Below are positions 29,879 through 32,000 of a stretch of DNA of 32,000 nucleotides, piece by piece (the stretch's first letter is position 1; each line of letters starts with the position of its first letter). The notes beneath the pieces were generated by a model. It searched no databases and was not told the DNA's origin. It was given only the letters and a program-made list of their open reading frames with translations. The DNA comes from Candidatus Saccharimonadota bacterium (lineage in GTDB: Bacteria; Patescibacteriota; Gracilibacteria; BD1-5; UBA2023). The translations under genes were made by a program, and so were the position numbers. The stretch lies in NCBI GenBank assembly GCA_046350815.1, contig JAXLZO010000001.1, forward strand, positions 1,080,001 to 1,112,000. Direction: 5' to 3'.

Positions 29879-30313
29879 TTAATGAATCTCCGAGAAAAAT
29901 AATCCTTTTTCAATATCTTCACAAACCTGACGATCGTATCAGACAAATATATCACCATGATCAGCCAAGAGATCTAGAAATTTCAGATCACTGCACTTAT
30001 TTGGTTCACCGATCGTAATGGTTCCAGTATACTTCTGCACATCGATATAGACATCAAAGTATTCTCGATCTGGAGCTATGCGATGACTGACATGGACCAC
30101 TTGCATATCAGCCTCTTGCACCGTGATACAAAGCTCTTCTTGGAGCTCGCGAGCAAGAGCAGATTTTACGAGCTCACCTGACTCAAAGTGTCCAGCAGGA
30201 AGCTGGTATTTACCATCTTTGAATCCAGAGTTTTGACGCTGCATGAAAAGTATTTTCCCAGATGCATCACGGATGATAGCATAGATAGCACCATAGAGAT
30301 GAGGAGATCGCAT
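29879..30313 (-). CDS. NUDIX hydrolase (144 aa)
   Basis: Nudix box GHFESGELVKSALARELQEELCI fits GX5EX7REUXEEXGU. ATG 30313 is preferred over the upstream alternative start used by the track. The frame reads through TGA 29939 to TAA 29879. Confidence 0.85.
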
Positions 30314-30529
30314 AAGATAAACTATATAAAAATAAAAACTCCCCACTCACACAGGAAGTTTTTATTTCACCAAAAAACACCCTATGCAGAGAACAAAGAT
30401 AATGTGCGTGTTCACAGTCGTGTGACCATACCAAAGGGTGATGAGTAAATAACTCTAAGAAATATAGTTTTTTTCTGATTTCTGTCAAATCAGCACAAGA
30501 CAGAGTGGTCCAGAATGTTACAATTTCTA

Positions 30530-31152
30530 ATGATATATGATAGCATCGAAGCCATGACGACTCTTTTTCTCATTATCAGCATCACTGCTCTCGCCGCTAT
30601 CAGCCCGTGACATGATTCTCTCATCATCTCACGAAATACCCTCATCCACGGACGTAAGCATGGATTTGCAACTGCTCTCGGTTGTAGTATGAGTCTCATG
30701 ATTCATATGAGCTATTGTATTCTAGGTATAGCAACACTCCTATCATCCTCACCTATCGCATGGAATATACTCAAAACTCTGGTTGCATATTATCTCATCT
30801 ATCTTGCTTACAAACTCATTCGTCAGCACACAACGCATCAAAGCAAAGCAATGGGAGAAAGGAAAGAAAGAGATATCAAGAAATCATTTCTCGAAGGATT
30901 TTTCTGTGATGTACTCAATCCAGTTGTAATCGTGTTTTTCTCGGCGTCTTTACCCAAGTCATCGATCATGCAGCCTCATGGTGGATTATGCTATGATACG
31001 GACTCGTGATGATCCTTACGATTGTAATCTGGTATGCCATCCTTGCCTACATGGTGAGCTACCAGCGATTCAGAACATACCTCGCACGATTTCATATATG
31101 GATTGATAGGATATTTGGAGTACTACTGATCATGCTTGCAATAAAAATGATA
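30530..31152 (+). pseudogene. LysE/RhtB-family amino-acid exporter gene, frameshifted and with its 3' end interrupted by an IS
   Basis: N-terminus ...MTTLFLIISITALAAISPG(TGA)HDSLIISRNTLIHGRKHGFATALG... and ...FLEGFFCDVLNPVVIVFF are LysE-family blocks. The frame switches (frame 2 to frame 1) at the T5 run 30935-30939, after which ...GVFTQVIDHAASWWIMLGYGLVMILTIVIW...GVLLIMLAIKMI continues. The IS TIR begins at 31153. Confidence 0.75.
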
Positions 31153-31933
31153 GGCTCTAGACCAGAAGAAAGTAACTCATATACTCTCTTCTTATGATCC
31201 CATACAGCAAAATATCAGTTCACGAACTTAAAAAGATTATTAAGTGCTTTTGTGTGGATATTGATGCCACAAAAACAAGCGAGCTTTTGGGATATAATCG
31301 AAAGACCGTTAACCATTATTTCTCTATCTTTAGGAAAATAATCTACACGAATCGTATTGAGGCTTTCAAAGAAAAGATAGGTTGAGAAATAGAAGTAGAT
31401 GAAAGCTATTTCTGAGCCAAGCGAAAAAGATGATTTGCAGGAAAACTTAAACGATGAAGATGAACCCTCAAACAGCCAGTATTTTGACTCATCAAGAGAA
31501 AAGATGAGAATGGAAGAGTAGAAATATATACAGAGATTATTCCGAATTGCAAAGCTGTAACACTCCGCCCTATAATACAGGGAAAAGTCAGTATAGAAGA
31601 TTCTATCCTATATTCGGATGGCTGGAAGGGATACGATGGTCTCGTAGATGTATGAATCGACAAGCACTTTCGAGTCAACCATGGTACAAGTGAATTCTCA
31701 CTTGGGAATGGAATTCACATCAATGGGATTGAGAACTTCTGGAGTTTTACAAAGCGCCGATTGAACAAGTTCAACGGCGTGAAAGTAAACTTTCACCTTC
31801 ATCTCAAAGAATGTGAATGGAGATATACCAAAGAAAGCTTTGAACTTGAGCAGGAACTTCTTACAATGATTAAAATCTTTTATAAAAAATCCAGAAAATC
31901 TTAGATATTTCTAAAATCTTCTGGTCTAGAGCC
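31153..31933 (+). mobile_element. Second, different IS1595-family insertion sequence (781 bp) with 16-bp perfect TIRs and a 7-bp target-site duplication
   Basis: ggctctagaccagaag (31153-31168) is the exact reverse complement of 31918-31933. Direct repeats aatgata at 31146-31152 and 31934-31940. Confidence 0.9.
31194..31904 (+). CDS. IS1595-family (ISXO2-like) DDE transposase (236 aa)
   Basis: Track ORF 31194..31385 continues through TGA: ...EIEVDESYFGAKRKRGFAGKLKRGRGTLKQPVFGLIKR...YSDGWKGYDGLVDVG..HFRVNHGTSEF...HINGIENFWSFTKRRL...LKECEWRY... Stop TAG 31902-31904. Roughly 40% identical by eye to the transposase at 27995..28687. Confidence 0.9.
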
Positions 31934-31944
31934 AATGATAATAT

Positions 31945-31970
31945 AAAAGCCACCCTATCGGGTGGCTTTT
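31945..31970 (+). terminator. Rho-independent terminator of the (pre-insertion) LysE-family gene
   Basis: aaaagccaccc/gggtggctttt 11-bp stem with a 4-nt loop and a T run, immediately after the reconstructed original stop codon (31944-31946). Confidence 0.7.
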
Positions 31971-32000
31971 GATCCAACAAAGCTGGCAGTTAGGAAGATT

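Noticed and set aside
30347-30529. Possible riboswitch or leader upstream of the LysE-family exporter (a hairpin ctgattt/aaatcag and a GGTCCAGAA string vaguely like a guanidine-I/ykkC element)
   Set aside because: Only a few nucleotides resemble the ykkC consensus. There is no convincing multi-stem architecture or terminator/anti-terminator pair by eye. It would need an Rfam/Infernal scan, so it is not reportable as a feature.
1-32000. Widespread gene fragmentation that could indicate a decaying, pseudogene-rich genome
   Set aside because: Interruptions are exclusively TGA and sit at conserved Gly positions. TAA and TAG never interrupt conserved domains. Recoding explains it better than decay, apart from the LysE locus.
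1-32000. Genetic code 4 (UGA = Trp, Mycoplasma-like) as the explanation
   Set aside because: The TGA codons I could place against known motifs align with glycine (GxxGxGK loops, LSGGQ, YIG, RG of radical SAM, SPG, PAG), not tryptophan. TGG is separately used where Trp is expected (e.g. WCGPC, AYWRGD).
1-32000. tRNA, rRNA or other structured RNA genes
   Set aside because: I scanned the intergenic regions by eye for T-loop/anticodon-arm patterns and rRNA-like conserved strings and found none. Intergenic space is small apart from 23181-23421 and the accessory region.

Overview
AT-rich bacterial chromosome fragment that only makes sense under genetic code 25 (UGA = Gly), which points to Gracilibacteria/BD1-5 or Absconditabacteria/SR1 (CPR). 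The supplied ORF track breaks genes at every in-frame TGA. Reading through TGA fuses the fragments into about 35 tightly packed genes, and the TGA codons fall on invariant glycines (Walker A loops, the ABC signature, the radical-SAM RG motif, the GIY-YIG 'YIG'). Region 1-26.4 kb is mostly housekeeping and envelope genes: nusA (partial), bcp, DedA, PAP2 phosphatase, a MiaB/MtaB-type methylthiotransferase, thioredoxin, a MoxR AAA+ ATPase, holB-like, a MOP-family flippase, a P-loop kinase, L25/Ctc, a membrane metallophosphoesterase, a MacAB-like ABC exporter with an unusually long HlyD-type adaptor, and thrS. Several lineage-specific orphan proteins are interspersed. One is a 923-aa protein carrying 20 perfect head-to-tail copies of a GC-rich 27-bp repeat (AVAAEAGKP). 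Region 26.4-32 kb is accessory. It holds four tandem paralogous small membrane proteins sharing a signal-peptide/'FAH' motif. It also holds a 91-bp composite palindromic repeat that separates consecutive same-strand genes (truncated RhuM, GIY-YIG nuclease, NUDIX) in a cassette-like pattern. Two different IS1595-family insertion sequences are present, each with 7-bp target duplications: one is nested inside a repeat copy, the other sits in the last codons of a frameshifted LysE-family exporter gene. I found no rRNA, tRNA or CRISPR array. All coordinates and translations were worked out by hand from the sequence. Homology calls rest on recognised motifs, not on database searches.
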